Shown: positions 50,859-62,406 of the stretch, piece after piece | How positions within the stretch are numbered: the stretch's first letter is position 1 | Layout of the letters: the number at the start of each line of letters is the position of its first letter | DNA from: Candidatus Bathyarchaeota archaeon | GTDB taxonomy: Archaea > Thermoproteota > Bathyarchaeia > Bathyarchaeales > Bathycorpusculaceae | Length of the DNA: 64,000 bases | Direction of reading: 5' to 3' | NCBI GenBank assembly: GCA_963720565.1 | Contig: CAVRFW010000006.1 | Coordinates: 1 to 64,000 of the forward strand | Translations under genes and position numbers: made by a program | Notes under the pieces: generated by a model | What the model saw: the letters and a program-made list of their open reading frames with translations, nothing else | Databases searched by the model: none | Told to the model about the DNA's origin: nothing

Positions 50859-51350
50859 TTATTCGTCCTTTCTGAACAACTCTTCATAGCTGCCAGCGTC
50901 AATTTCTTTCTGGATATCACGGGGATCTTTGCCTTCAACCGTTACGCCTAGGCTGACACAAGTTCCTAGAATCTCCTTCGCGGCAGACTTCAAATTCGGC
51001 GATAGGAGCTCCGGGCGCTTGATTTTTGCTATGCGGGTGACTTGATCCATTGACAAGTCACCTACTTTGACTGTGTTTGGTGTTCCAGAACCCTTCTCGA
51101 TCTTCAATTCGCTTACGATAAGAGCTGAAGCGGTTGGAACTCCAATGCTAACATCAAAGGTTTTGTCTTCAGTATCAACTGAAATCTTCACTGGAACTTT
51201 CATTCCAGCGTAGTCTTTCGTTAGCTCGTTAATCTTATTCACAACAGCCATGATATTAATACCTAGAGGACCGAGTGCAGGACCCATTGGTGGACCAGCG
51301 TTTGCTTGTCCGCCGCTTACGAGCAACTCTACAATTTTTTTATCAACCAT
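50859..51350 (-). CDS. rpl11: 50S ribosomal protein L11
   Basis: AGPPMGPALGPLG, GTCVSLGV. Confidence 0.97.
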   Translation of the reverse strand: MVDKKIVELLVSGGQANAGPPMGPALGPLGINIMAVVNKINELTKDYAGMKVPVKISVDTEDKTFDVSIGVPTASALIVSELKIEKGSGTPNTVKVGDLSMDQVTRIAKIKRPELLSPNLKSAAKEILGTCVSLGVTVEGKDPRDIQKEIDAGSYEELFRKDE

Positions 51351-51351
51351 T

Positions 51352-51840
51352 TTATGATTCACTACTTCTACTTTTTGCTTTTTCCACTAACTTCACGTAG
51401 TCTGAATGAACTGTGATGGGTAAAGTAAACGTTGCCTCCAGCAATTCAAGTGTGACCTCGCCCTTGGATTTGTCAAGACGCGTGATCTTGGCGCGCATGC
51501 CCTTGAAAGGTCCACCTGTAATTTCGACGACATCATCCTCGTACAGATCTTCGAGAACTGGCTTCCTAACTATGTACCGCTCGATCTCAGGGAAACTTAT
51601 CAGACCAGGAATGCGGGAGCGGACATGTCTTACCCCAGTTATAGCTTCTTCTACGAGGTGCGGCCCGTCGGCTTCTATGAATACATAACCTTTGAGTGTA
51701 TCCGGAACAAGAATGGCTTTTATCGGGACATGTGTCATTTCGACTTTTGCAGCTATCAGACGAGCTACATTGCGTTCTTGGCCGGTTGTGGTTTTAATAG
51801 CGAAAATCTTGGGTGTAAATTGTTCCTCTTTTTTCTCCAT
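51352..51840 (-). CDS. spt5: Transcription elongation factor Spt5
   Basis: TTGQE, KGYVFIE NGN domain; KOW VEITGGPFKG. Confidence 0.96.
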   Translation of the reverse strand: MEKKEEQFTPKIFAIKTTTGQERNVARLIAAKVEMTHVPIKAILVPDTLKGYVFIEADGPHLVEEAITGVRHVRSRIPGLISFPEIERYIVRKPVLEDLYEDDVVEITGGPFKGMRAKITRLDKSKGEVTLELLEATFTLPITVHSDYVKLVEKAKSRSSES

Positions 51841-51852
51841 TTTCTTTTCCTT

Positions 51853-52035
51853 CTAACTCGCTGCTGTTGCTCCACCCAAGGCAAAAGATAAAAGTCTAAT
51901 TACGAATCCGACCAGACCCACTACGCCTATGCCAAGCACGCTAATTTTTATTGACAGCCACAGCTCGCTTCTGTCAGGTTTTACTGCCAGTTTCAAGGTT
52001 CTAGATGCTTGAGATAGCCATGATCTAATGCCCAT
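51853..52035 (-). CDS. secE: Protein translocase SecE/Sec61-gamma
   Basis: RTLKLAVKPDRSE followed by TM helix; upstream of spt5. Confidence 0.93.
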   Translation of the reverse strand: MGIRSWLSQASRTLKLAVKPDRSELWLSIKISVLGIGVVGLVGFVIRLLSFALGGATAAS

Positions 52036-52127
52036 TTTTAACCGCACACTCAAGATTTCACTTAGTGATAATAAACGTTACTGTGGCTTTTAGACTTTAA
52101 AGCTTGCTTTGGAACCGCTGTTGAAGC

Positions 52128-52952
52128 TCATATCTTCACGTATGGTAGTCCAATCTCTTGTAGAGAACTAATTAGATTTTCCTTGTTCTCACTTTTAATG
52201 CCTTTCCAATCAAGGAGTGCACAGTCGACTTTTTCCACAGTCTTTTCTACACATTGACTGAGAATTTCAGAGTCAGCATAGCCAACAGCATACTTTGGTA
52301 TCATGTGACTGAAAATTGCTTTGCCTTCAAGTGCCATTCGGGTGAAACGCTGATTGTAATGTGTTCCGCCTATGCCTAACGCTGCAGAATTTTGAGTGTG
52401 ACCGAACTTTGAGATTGCCTCCATTGTTGCGTGGGCAACAGTTTCTGCAGCATCCATATCACTCCATTGGGGAGGCGAGCTACCTAGTTCCACAAACATT
52501 GTGGGGACGTTTAAGGAAGGGCCATGATGGGTACATTCGTAAGACACCTCATATTCAGCGCTTGAAATTGTCCTGTAACGCAACAAAGCTGCTAGTGTGT
52601 CTCGCATGGCTGTGGCTGGCGAGATGGAAACGCTTCGAGGTAATCCGCCAAGTTCTGCCGGTCCAAAATTGCCCGGTGTGTGGACTGACAAAGTAGGGGT
52701 ACCGCTTTGGCTACTGTGGCGGGAGATGAAAACAACCAGACTCAAATTGTGAAAATGGTCTGAAAGGTACTGTGCCTTTATGGCTTCCTCGTTTAGAGTG
52801 ATTAATTTGACCTCAGCGCCCTGCAATTTGGCATAGAATACAGGGTTTTCTTGATAAGTTACTTTTGTTTCGTTGAATGGGTAGTTTTTGAGTACTTGCT
52901 TTTTGATGTTCAATCCTGCAGGGTCTTTGCGTGAGGAAACTATCAAAATCAT
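52128..52952 (-). CDS. dtdA: D-aminoacyl-tRNA deacylase (DTD2)
   Basis: SRHSS, SVHTPGN, ECTHHGP, FVELGS, GIGGTHY, HMIPKY. Confidence 0.93.
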   Translation of the reverse strand: MILIVSSRKDPAGLNIKKQVLKNYPFNETKVTYQENPVFYAKLQGAEVKLITLNEEAIKAQYLSDHFHNLSLVVFISRHSSQSGTPTLSVHTPGNFGPAELGGLPRSVSISPATAMRDTLAALLRYRTISSAEYEVSYECTHHGPSLNVPTMFVELGSSPPQWSDMDAAETVAHATMEAISKFGHTQNSAALGIGGTHYNQRFTRMALEGKAIFSHMIPKYAVGYADSEILSQCVEKTVEKVDCALLDWKGIKSENKENLISSLQEIGLPYVKI

Positions 52953-53057
52953 TTTTTGTCCTTCCAAAAGGATAGTGTGATTGCACTAAAAGCGTTTTCC
53001 ATAAAGTTTATAATCGTTAGGCGGGGTTCACCATTTCTTGTTAGAGGCTGGACAAAG

Positions 53058-53978
53058 ATGCATTTGATTAGCTTTAGAGAGTTGTCTGGAAAACAGCTCA
53101 ACCAGTTAGTTGATATGGGAATTGAGGTAAAGCACAATCCCGAGAAATTCGTGGAAAAATTGCACGGCAAGTCATTAGCTTTGGTTTTCCAGAAAACCAG
53201 CACCAGAACCCGTGTGGCTTTCGAGGTTGCTATGACGCAACTAGGCGGTCACGGATTGTATATAGACTGGAGAACGACGAACTTTACTCTTGCAGACATT
53301 TTTGATGAAACCAAGTACTTATCGCGCAATGTTGACTGCATAATGGCAAGACTGTTGTTGAATGAAGATTTGCAGAAAATGGCTAAGGCTTCAATAGTTC
53401 CAGTGATTAATGGTTGCGACGAGAAATATCATCCAAGCCAAGCATTAGCTGATCTGATAACTATTAAGGAAAAGATTGGCAAACTTAGAGGCACGAAGCT
53501 TGTTTACATAGGCGTTCACAACAATGTTTGCAACTCTTTGATTGAGGGTTGCACCAAAACCGGCGTTGAAATTACAACAGTAGCGCCGCTTTTTAACGAA
53601 CCCGCGCGTGATGACGAACTAATGAAATCCGCAGAGAAAACTGGGTTGTGGCATCAAACTTTGGACATTGAGAATGCAGTTAAAAACGCGGATTTCGTTT
53701 ACACTGACACTTGGATAGACATGGAGTTTTTCACCAATCCGAAATTTGCAGTAGAGAAGGAGAAACGTTTGAAAATCATGATGCCTTACCAAATCAACAA
53801 GGATTTAATGAAAGAAAGCAAAGGATACATTATGCATGATATGCCGATCCACAGAGGATACGAAATAAGCAAAGACATGATTGATGATGGGCGTTCTGTT
53901 ATTTACGAGCAAGCTGAAAATAGGCTTTACTCAGCAAAGGCCATACTCTTAGAGCTTGCAGAGAAGAAAACAAAATAG
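53058..53978 (+). CDS. argF: Ornithine carbamoyltransferase
   Basis: STRTR, HPSQALAD, YTDTW, HDMP, QAENR. Confidence 0.88.
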   Translation: MHLISFRELSGKQLNQLVDMGIEVKHNPEKFVEKLHGKSLALVFQKTSTRTRVAFEVAMTQLGGHGLYIDWRTTNFTLADIFDETKYLSRNVDCIMARLLLNEDLQKMAKASIVPVINGCDEKYHPSQALADLITIKEKIGKLRGTKLVYIGVHNNVCNSLIEGCTKTGVEITTVAPLFNEPARDDELMKSAEKTGLWHQTLDIENAVKNADFVYTDTWIDMEFFTNPKFAVEKEKRLKIMMPYQINKDLMKESKGYIMHDMPIHRGYEISKDMIDDGRSVIYEQAENRLYSAKAILLELAEKKTK

Positions 53979-54062
53979 AAATTGGCAGTCCGACAAATCT
54001 TAGCATAAAACCTTTGTATTTCTCGAACTGAAGGTAAAAGTGAAAAAAGGAAGCGTAGAATA

Positions 54063-54950
54063 TTGAAAATTGCGAGATACCGATACGGATCCGAGGAAAG
54101 CTATGGAATTATTGATGGAAAAACTATTTTGTCCTTGCCATTACTTTCAAGACTCCTCAAGAAACAATTACCCCATAACCTCGAAGAATTCATAGCCCAA
54201 GGAGAAAGGGCAACAGAGACCGTGGCAGAGCTACTTACAAAGACAAAGGACGTCGACATTGAAAAAGTTTCAACACCATTAAACGCGGTTTCCTTTCTTG
54301 CACCAATAGCTTTTCCGCCGAAAATTATCTGTTTGGGATTAAATTATCTCGATCACGCTGCAGAAACCAACTCCCGTGTCCCAGATGAACCCATCATATT
54401 CATGAAGCCTCACACCGCTATAATAGGTTCAAACCAGAAGATTTTGAAACCAAAATTCGTGAAGGAACTCGATTATGAAGGAGAACTTGGTGTAGTAATC
54501 GGAAAGAAAACTAAAAACATCGGTGTGAAGGAAGCGAAAGAAAGCATTTTTGGATATACGATCTTTAACGATGTTTCAGCACGGGATTTCCAGTTTAAAG
54601 ATGGACAATGGACCAGGGGGAAAAGCTTTGATACGTTTGCTCCAACAGGACCGTGCATAACCACCGAGAGTCAGCTTTGCACCGATGACTTAGCTATTCG
54701 CACTTGGGTTAATGGGGAAAAACGCCAGAATGGAACTACACGAAATATGGTTTTCAACGTTAGTCAAATCGTGCATCAACTCAGCCGGGTTATGACGCTT
54801 GAACCTTGCGATATCATTGCAACGGGCACACCCGCAGGGGTCGGGCACGCGATGAAACCCAGAAGATACCTCCAACACGGCGATAGAGTCCGAATTGAAA
54901 TCGAAGGAATCGGTGTTCTAGAAAACACTGTTGAAGAACAAGAAGGGTAG
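54063..54950 (+). CDS. Fumarylacetoacetate hydrolase family protein
   Basis: CLGLNYLDH, DYEGEL, NDVSARD, GKSFDTF, TGTPAGVG. Confidence 0.93.
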   Translation: MKIARYRYGSEESYGIIDGKTILSLPLLSRLLKKQLPHNLEEFIAQGERATETVAELLTKTKDVDIEKVSTPLNAVSFLAPIAFPPKIICLGLNYLDHAAETNSRVPDEPIIFMKPHTAIIGSNQKILKPKFVKELDYEGELGVVIGKKTKNIGVKEAKESIFGYTIFNDVSARDFQFKDGQWTRGKSFDTFAPTGPCITTESQLCTDDLAIRTWVNGEKRQNGTTRNMVFNVSQIVHQLSRVMTLEPCDIIATGTPAGVGHAMKPRRYLQHGDRVRIEIEGIGVLENTVEEQEG

Positions 54951-54953
54951 CAA

Positions 54954-57042
54954 CTATCTTTCTATAGAGATTTTGCTGATTCCAGCTTCTTTTTCAAGTG
55001 TTATTACGTGTTCAGCTTTTTCTGCGAAGACTTCGCTATGGGTTACCGCGATAATCTGTTCTATAGCTTTGAATCGAGAAATCGCTTCGGCCAAATGCTC
55101 GATACTGCCGTCTTCTCTGCCTAGGCTTTCAGTAGGCTCATCCAACAGCAACATGCTCAAGCCATGACCTGTCCGTGATTGCATGATGAGTTGACCTAAG
55201 CCTAAGCGATAAGCAAAAGCGAGCAACGTGCGCTCTCCACCAGAAAGGTTTGAGACTTCCCTTTCAACTCCGCTTTCGCTTTTCACGCAGGGCGTGTACG
55301 TTTCATCTATCATGACGTTCAACAGTGGTGCCTCCCCGCCAACTAGACTGTCAAGCACTTGCTGCACGAAGTTCCTAAGCACTTTCACGAATTCACTGCG
55401 CAGTTTAGGCTGTATGCTTCTGTACGCATCACGGATTCCGCCCAAAATCTCAAGAGTCTTGGAGATTTTTTGAATTCGTTCAAACTTTTCTTGAGCATTG
55501 TCTATCCTATCTTTGGTCTCGTCTAAACGTTTGAGAAGATCTTTCTTGCGGTTTTCTCTGAGTCGCAAGTCAGATTCCAAATGAGAATACTGCTGGAATG
55601 CTTGTCTGCTTTGTTCCCGTGCGGCTTCGAGATCCGATGAATCGAATCTGCCAATCTCAAAACGCAAATCATCAAGCTGCGTTTGCAGTTCTGCTGCAAG
55701 ACGCTGTTTTGCCTCATATTCGGCGGACAAATCGTTCATAGATTTCTCTTCTTCGTTTATTCGAACTTTCAGGTCTTCATTTCGCGCAGTAAGAGTAGGC
55801 AGGTTCGAGCATGCTTCGAAGGCTACAGCTTTGACTCGTTGTACCTCTTCAAGTTCACTTCTTAATTGTTTGAGGACTTTTTGCCTGTCTACATTTTCTT
55901 CTTCGATCCTCTGGACTAAACCATTCTTGTATTCTTCATTCAACGATTGCAGGCAAAGTGGACAACGGTTTTCGGCGGAAAGAGACTTGGTTCTTTTTTG
56001 ATCAACTTGCATGTTTTGAAGAATAGCTTCTTGCTCGGCTTTCAGGTTGGAGATTCGATCATCAAGGGTTGCCAAATGCTGCTGCAGTTTTTCTATTTGC
56101 TGGTTTGGCTGTATTCCAACTTCCTCAAGAAGCCTATGGCTTGCTTTGATCTGTATGTTAATTGAGCTTTGTCGTTGTTTGAGGTTTTCGATGATTGTCT
56201 TTTTTCCCTCAATTCTTTGAGTCAGAGATGCCGATGCATCTATCGTGTTTGTTATGTTCGTTTGGACTTTTGCTTCGCGCCTCTTTAGGTCGTCGATTAA
56301 AAGCTTCTTTTCTTCGAGCTTCTTGAGCTTTGCATCTGCGTCCTCCAGCACTCTTCTTGCCCTGGCTACTTTTTCGACGGCCCCCTGCAGCTCAATCTCC
56401 AGGACGGTGAACTCTTCGGTAATACGGTTGTGCTCATTGCTAGAGTTTCTCCAGACTGACCACGTCTGGATCTTTCTCGTATACTCTCTTTTCTGTTTCG
56501 TATTCGCGCTGGTACTCGGCTATGCTGCTCCACGCAGTTTCGTAATCCGATAGCCCGAATAACTCGTCCAAACGCCTTTGCCTTTCCCGGGGTGCTGAAT
56601 CGATAAGTTCTTTCAAATGCTCCTGCCTAACCCAGATGATTTCGCGGTAAAGGTCCCTGTCCACCCCCGTTATGGCCTTAAACTGTTCGGACACAGCGTC
56701 AGTCTTCATGCTTGCCATCAAGGTTTCATCTTGGAAGAGTTTCAGCTCTTCCAGGTCTTGGCTTATGCCTTTGGAGCGTCTTTTTAGCCCACGAGTTAGC
56801 TTGTAGGTGTTCCCGTTGTGAGTAAACTGAACTGTCACTTTTCCGGAATCTGCGCCTTCACGCAGCAGATACTCAAAGCTCCTGCCGATTGGCTCTCCGA
56901 AAAGAGCAAAGTCGATGGAGTATAGAACGCTGGATTTTCCGCAGCCTAAACCGCCCACTAAACAATTAAAACCCCTTGTAAATGGCACCGTGGATTTGAC
57001 ATGTGAGCGGATGTTTTCAAGCTGAACGATCTCGATTTTCAA
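54954..57042 (-). CDS. rad50: Rad50 ATPase, short (one +1 indel at ~56442)
   Basis: LENIRSH, GGLGCGKS, CPLC zinc hook, LSGGE, LLLDEPT, VTH; removing one base in CTC-T-AGC joins the two ORFs. Confidence 0.92.
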
Positions 57043-58244
57043 CGGGCCATTTCCTCCACGGTTTGCCGCACTTTGTCTGCTTGTTTCTTCGTCAGCGGTT
57101 CAATCAGAGCAAGGGCGGAGCGAGATATTTTCTCAGCATCTTCGCGGCTGTAACGGTCGCTGAAAATCTGCATGAAATACTCAAAAGCTTTGGTCTTTAA
57201 ATCCTTAAACTCGCTCTCAAAAATAGAACGCGCAATCTCCTCTGAAACTGCACTCTCCTTCAACAAAATGACAGGATGCACAAGTAAAGCTTTCTCAGCA
57301 GCACTTCTAATATGCGCGATGTCGATTTCAACACGGCTAGCTTCAACTGGTAAAGTGCCTTTCAAAACTGGAATTATTATCGCGTTTTCCTCATCTGCAT
57401 TCTTGACAAGTTGGGCAGCTAATTCAGTGATTTTAGCTGAGTTCATGCCCGAGAAATCCTGATCTACAACAACAAATTTCCTCGGGGAATCGAGCTCTAT
57501 GAACTCTGGAGAAAACGCGCCCTTTTCGTTGACTTTGACGTGGCAGAATCCTTTCTTGTACTTTGCTTCGTCGTAACTAACGGTTTCGGTGCATCCACTG
57601 TAGACAAGTAAGCCGTTTTTGAACTCTCCGATGTAACGTTCATGCACGTGTCCAGCTGCGTAGTAGTTAAATCCAGCAGGTAGAAGATCAGGCGGAATTT
57701 CAGCCTCGATGTAAGGTGGCTTGAGGCTGGGCAAATCCACTGCAGCATGGAATACGAAAATGTTGCTTGCTACTGGATCTGGTGTAGGGGGGTTTTGTTC
57801 GAAAAAAACTGGAAGGGCTTCTTCAGTTTTTCGTCTGCTTCGATAATTAGGCACTCCATAAACATAGCAGCGATCTGGTAGACGCCAGCAGGCACCTTCC
57901 CGTCTAGGCAGATGTATTATCAAACCTGCACTGTCTAGAGGATTCAGTATTGTACCAGTTATCATGTTGGGTGCCGAGTCATGGGATCCGTCAACAGTCA
58001 AAACGGGAATTCCAGCATCCCTAATCTGTTTGAAGCATCTTATTGCATTCTCCAATGTTGTGTTTGAGGGACGCGCTTGGTGAAATATGTCTCCTGCGAT
58101 AATCATGAAATCTGGCTTTAACTCGATTGTTTTCTCGACAATCTCAGCGAATACATCGTCAAAATCTTGCCTTCTGGCTTCTAGTCCGTATTGTGCGTAT
58201 CCTAAATGCAGGTCACTGACGTGAACGAAGCTGAAAGCTTTCAA
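57039..58244 (-). CDS. mre11: Mre11 nuclease
   Basis: SDLHLG, AGDIFH, GSHD, GHVH, YSG phosphoesterase motifs; overlaps rad50 start. Confidence 0.94.
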   Translation of the reverse strand: MKAFSFVHVSDLHLGYAQYGLEARRQDFDDVFAEIVEKTIELKPDFMIIAGDIFHQARPSNTTLENAIRCFKQIRDAGIPVLTVDGSHDSAPNMITGTILNPLDSAGLIIHLPRREGACWRLPDRCYVYGVPNYRSRRKTEEALPVFFEQNPPTPDPVASNIFVFHAAVDLPSLKPPYIEAEIPPDLLPAGFNYYAAGHVHERYIGEFKNGLLVYSGCTETVSYDEAKYKKGFCHVKVNEKGAFSPEFIELDSPRKFVVVDQDFSGMNSAKITELAAQLVKNADEENAIIIPVLKGTLPVEASRVEIDIAHIRSAAEKALLVHPVILLKESAVSEEIARSIFESEFKDLKTKAFEYFMQIFSDRYSREDAEKISRSALALIEPLTKKQADKVRQTVEEMAR

Positions 58245-58409
58245 TTGTAGTTGGATTCTCCTTCTTTCATTAGCTGTATCGTCTGGCTTTAGACTGTGGA
58301 GTTGCAGGTTTTAAGCGTTTACGTAAAAAGAACAGTGGGTTTTTCCGGTTTCAAGGAATAATGTTTAAACATTCAGAGTATGTGTTGATTCTAAAAGTAC
58401 GGGTAAAAC

Positions 58410-59222
58410 ATGAAATGTCAGAAATGCGGGCAGGAAACCTATCTTCCATTCCAGTGCCAGTACTGCGGTGGTCAATTCTGCAATGTTCACCGCTTGCCAG
58501 AGAACCACCTTTGCCCAAACATTGATCTTGCTCGAGCACAAAAAAACGAGAAAGTTATGGTGAAGAGTGATTCCACTTCGTATGAGTACACGGTTTCGCT
58601 TGGACAACCTCTGCAAACCAAAGGGCATGTTTACTTCAGTCCTAAAGAGCTGAAACATTTGGCTGCGGCAGCGTTGCTTGTGATAGGCGTTGGGTTTTCT
58701 GCAGGTCTTTACATGAGTAGCGTGGTATCTTCGTTGATGCTTGTCTTGACTGCTTCAGCAATCATTTTAGCAACATCTTTTTTTGTTCACGAAATAGCCC
58801 ATAAGGTCACTGCGCAGAAACGAGGATTATGGGCAGAGTTTCGTTTGACAACTTGGGGAGCGTTGTTGACTTTGGTTTTCATGGTTTTGCCTACCCCGTT
58901 TAAGTTAATCTCTCCAGGCGCGGTTATGATTTCTGGATCTGCTCGAAGTGACGATATAGGAAAAATATCGATTGCTGGACCCATAACCAACATTGTTTTG
59001 TCGGGCACACTCTTGTGCGCTGCTTTGATTCCGAGTTCGATTTCCTCGATTTTGCTCTTGGGTGCGCTTATCAACGGGTACATAGCTGTCTTTAATCTGA
59101 TCCCGATTGGAATCCTTGACGGTTTTAAAATCTTTAGTTGGGATAAGAAGATTTGGGTTCTGGCTTTCGGTGCAAGCGCAGTTCTATTGGCGATCTCGTA
59201 CGTTATGTTCTACTCTTACTAG
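58410..59222 (+). CDS. AN1 zinc finger + M50 (site-2) intramembrane protease
   Basis: CQKC...CQYCGGQFCNVHRLPENHLC; HEIAH, IAGP, FNLIP...LDG. Confidence 0.92.
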   Translation: MKCQKCGQETYLPFQCQYCGGQFCNVHRLPENHLCPNIDLARAQKNEKVMVKSDSTSYEYTVSLGQPLQTKGHVYFSPKELKHLAAAALLVIGVGFSAGLYMSSVVSSLMLVLTASAIILATSFFVHEIAHKVTAQKRGLWAEFRLTTWGALLTLVFMVLPTPFKLISPGAVMISGSARSDDIGKISIAGPITNIVLSGTLLCAALIPSSISSILLLGALINGYIAVFNLIPIGILDGFKIFSWDKKIWVLAFGASAVLLAISYVMFYSY

Positions 59223-59256
59223 AATGGATATGGATGAATTCTAAAATTCTAGATTG

Positions 59257-59565
59257 TTAGACTAGTTCTATTGTCACATGGACTTCTTCTGGAACACGGA
59301 TACGCATTATGCGCCTCATGACACGTTCTTCAGAGTCAATTTCAATAAGGCGTTTGTGGATTCGCATCTCCCATCTGTCCCATGTGGCTGTACCTTCACC
59401 GCAAGGAGACTTTAACACGGGTACGCGGAGTCTTTTTGTCGGCAGTGGCACCGGACCATTAATTTTGACGCCTGTTTTGAGGGCTATGCTGCTCAGTTCT
59501 GAACATACCTCTTCAAGCTTCTTGTAATCTGTGCTTGTTAAGCGGATTCGCGCTTTTCTTACCAT
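59257..59565 (-). CDS. rps10: 30S ribosomal protein S10
   Basis: [23 protein letters not shown]. Confidence 0.97.
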   Translation of the reverse strand: MVRKARIRLTSTDYKKLEEVCSELSSIALKTGVKINGPVPLPTKRLRVPVLKSPCGEGTATWDRWEMRIHKRLIEIDSEERVMRRIMRIRVPEEVHVTIELV

Positions 59566-60001
59566 TTTTCGCCAATCAATCCGTGCTCTGTCATTTTAAG
59601 GTGACTACCTTAGGAATTTAAGCGGCACATAAAAACCTATCGACCGACAAAATGTCGTATCAACCCAGATTTCCAAGATGGTTGAACCAGTTCTAGCTTG
59701 TGCAAAATTCACCCGTGTTCTGTTCACAAAATGGCTAGTGTATTTCCAGCAACTTTGCGCCGCTTATCGTAATTACACCTGATTTTATTTGCATAACGGC
59801 AAGAGTGATATAAGATGGAAACCTGAATCATGATTTTCTTCTTCCACCAGTCAATATGGATGGAAAGGATTCAGAGGCTGCTTTGCGTCTTGTGAGTTAA
59901 GAGTTCCAATTTGAGGTCGCCCAACAGGTTTTAAATATTGTTTGAAATTCATATAGCACGCTGTACACAGGATTGTGTGTTATTGTTATAGGCGAGAAAG
60001 G

Positions 60002-62404
60002 ATGAGCCGAAATGGAACTGTCTTGGCGATTGCTTTGCTTCTAACTTTGGCTATTGCAGAGTCTTTGGTTGCGATCCCACGCGTTGAGGCGGTTGATGTT
60101 GGAACCAGGGCTTTCCTCTCTGTTGCGCCAAACCCTGTCGGTGTTGGCCAAAAAGTTCAGGTTACAATATGGGTGAATCCTATTGTGCCTACGGCAGGAG
60201 AAGTATTTCACGGTTTCACGGTCGACATTACCAGGCCTGACGGAACCACAGAAACTAAAGGACCGATGGACTCTTTCGTGATGGGGGGAGTATTCTTTGA
60301 GTATACGCCCAATGCCACGGGAATTTACAGATTAGTGTTCAAGTATCTGGGACAGACAGTTTCCACAGGTGACGATTATTTGCCCTCCGAGTCTCCGGCT
60401 GCAGAACTCACAGTACGGCAAGAACCAACTCCATCATTGCCTGAGAGCCCGATTCCGACCGATTACTGGACACGGCCAATAAACAGTGAAAATAGGGGTT
60501 GGGCTTCAATCGCGGGCAACTGGTTGATGCTCGGCTACAACTCCACTTACAGCATGGGCTTTGGCGACTCGACTTCGGGGTTTAATCCGTACACGCAGGC
60601 CCCGAGATCTGCTCATGTAATGTGGACAAAGGAATTAGCTTTGGGAGGACTAGTAGGGGGGGAACTTGACTCCTTCGGGTATTATACTGGTCAATCCTAT
60701 GATCCTTACTTCGCTCCTCCGATAATATTGAACGGCAGAATATACTACAGAATGGGCAAGAGCGGATGGTTGGGACAGGGATACTACCCAGGCTTTGTCT
60801 GTGTTGACTTACGCTCCGGAGAGGAGTATTGGAGAAACGAAGAAGGGTATATTGATCTGGCTCAAATCACGAAATCCTCTTCGTTTGATGGGCAAGGAGG
60901 GATACCTTACCTCTGGGATGTGACAGGGTCAACTTGGGATGTGTACGACCCTTTCACCGGGAAATGGGCTTTCGCTTTTGACGGAGCAGTTTCCGGCTTG
61001 GATTTTGGGAGCAAGTGGTGGCCTGATGCGATTACTCTGGACAGTGAGGGAAAGCTTGAAGTTTTCATTCTCAATGGAAAAGCAAACTGGCTTGCCAAGT
61101 GGTCACAAGCCAAGGCTGAGAAAGAAAATGTAATGTATTTTATTGGGCAGCTGCCAGACACCTACGATTGGAAGCTCGGCGTCGAATGGAACGTCACAAT
61201 TCCAAACAGGCAGGCTGCAGATCCATTGGGCAACATTGTTGGACCAGTAAAGCAAGTTTTAACGGGTAACGTGTTGATAGCAAAAGTGACTGATGGCGGT
61301 AACTGGGTCAAGTATGAGGTTGCCTACAGCCTAACCACAGGAGAAGAACTCTGGGTCAACGAAAACCCGGTGCAGACGTGGTTTTGCGTCGCTGGAGATG
61401 GAGTCTACGCTTCCTTCAGCTACTCAGAGATGAGGTGGACCGGGTATGATGCCCAAACAGGAATTCAACTATGGATAAGTGACCTAAACTCGTACCCCTG
61501 GGGAAGCTATGTAAGCTACGCTCCAGCCATTGCACGCGGAAAGCTGTATTCGGGGTCCTTTGATGGGTACATGCACGCTTTCGACATTAAAACGGGCAAG
61601 GAAGTCTGGAAAGCCGGAGGCGGAGTTAACCCTGAAATCGGGGTTGGAATTTGGCCCATGTGGTCTGGCCCCATCATCGGCGGCAACATTGTTTTTTGCG
61701 GCAACGGCGAAGAAACCCCAACTCAGCCCCTGTCCAAAGGAAACAGGATATTCGCGTTCGACGCTGAAACCGGAGAAGAAATTTGGAGCATGGGCGGGTA
61801 CATGAGTCTGAGAGCTATAGCAGACGGCTATCTGGTAGGATACAATGGATATGACAATCGAATCTACTGTTTCGGGAAGGGACCAAGCGCTACAACAGTA
61901 ACAGCGTCGCCTAAAGTCACTCTTAGAGGAGCCGGCGTGTTGATTGAAGGCACAGTTACTGACCAGTCAATAGGTACGAAGAATACTCCAGCCATTGGGG
62001 ATGAATATATGAGCGAGTGGATGGAGCATGTTCACATGCAGAAGCCTTGTCCAGAAAACGTGGAAGGCGTAGAAGTAGTTTTAACTGCTATTGACCCTAA
62101 CGGTAACCTGCAGGAAATCGGGAGGGTCAAGAGTGATTCAAGTGGATTGTTCAAAAAGTTGTTCACCCCAGATACCCCGGGGGAATACGTTATCACGGCA
62201 ACCTTCAAGGGGTCAGAATCCTACGGCAGTTCTCGCGCGACAACAGCTGTTGGAGTGTTAGGCGCGTCTTCAAATGGAGATCAATCAGACTCTTTCTTTG
62301 AATTTAAGCTGTACATAATCGTCGCTACAGCAGCAATTATCGCGGCCATAGCAATAGTTGGATGGTTATTGCTGAGGAAAAGTCGGATGACAACACGTGA
62401 TTAG
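60002..62404 (+). CDS. Secreted PQQ-like beta-propeller surface protein with C-terminal TM anchor
   Basis: Signal peptide, PNPVGVGQ Ig domain, repeated A.D..TG.E.W blades, C-terminal TM. Confidence 0.88.
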   Translation: MSRNGTVLAIALLLTLAIAESLVAIPRVEAVDVGTRAFLSVAPNPVGVGQKVQVTIWVNPIVPTAGEVFHGFTVDITRPDGTTETKGPMDSFVMGGVFFEYTPNATGIYRLVFKYLGQTVSTGDDYLPSESPAAELTVRQEPTPSLPESPIPTDYWTRPINSENRGWASIAGNWLMLGYNSTYSMGFGDSTSGFNPYTQAPRSAHVMWTKELALGGLVGGELDSFGYYTGQSYDPYFAPPIILNGRIYYRMGKSGWLGQGYYPGFVCVDLRSGEEYWRNEEGYIDLAQITKSSSFDGQGGIPYLWDVTGSTWDVYDPFTGKWAFAFDGAVSGLDFGSKWWPDAITLDSEGKLEVFILNGKANWLAKWSQAKAEKENVMYFIGQLPDTYDWKLGVEWNVTIPNRQAADPLGNIVGPVKQVLTGNVLIAKVTDGGNWVKYEVAYSLTTGEELWVNENPVQTWFCVAGDGVYASFSYSEMRWTGYDAQTGIQLWISDLNSYPWGSYVSYAPAIARGKLYSGSFDGYMHAFDIKTGKEVWKAGGGVNPEIGVGIWPMWSGPIIGGNIVFCGNGEETPTQPLSKGNRIFAFDAETGEEIWSMGGYMSLRAIADGYLVGYNGYDNRIYCFGKGPSATTVTASPKVTLRGAGVLIEGTVTDQSIGTKNTPAIGDEYMSEWMEHVHMQKPCPENVEGVEVVLTAIDPNGNLQEIGRVKSDSSGLFKKLFTPDTPGEYVITATFKGSESYGSSRATTAVGVLGASSNGDQSDSFFEFKLYIIVATAAIIAAIAIVGWLLLRKSRMTTRD

Positions 62405-62406
62405 CA

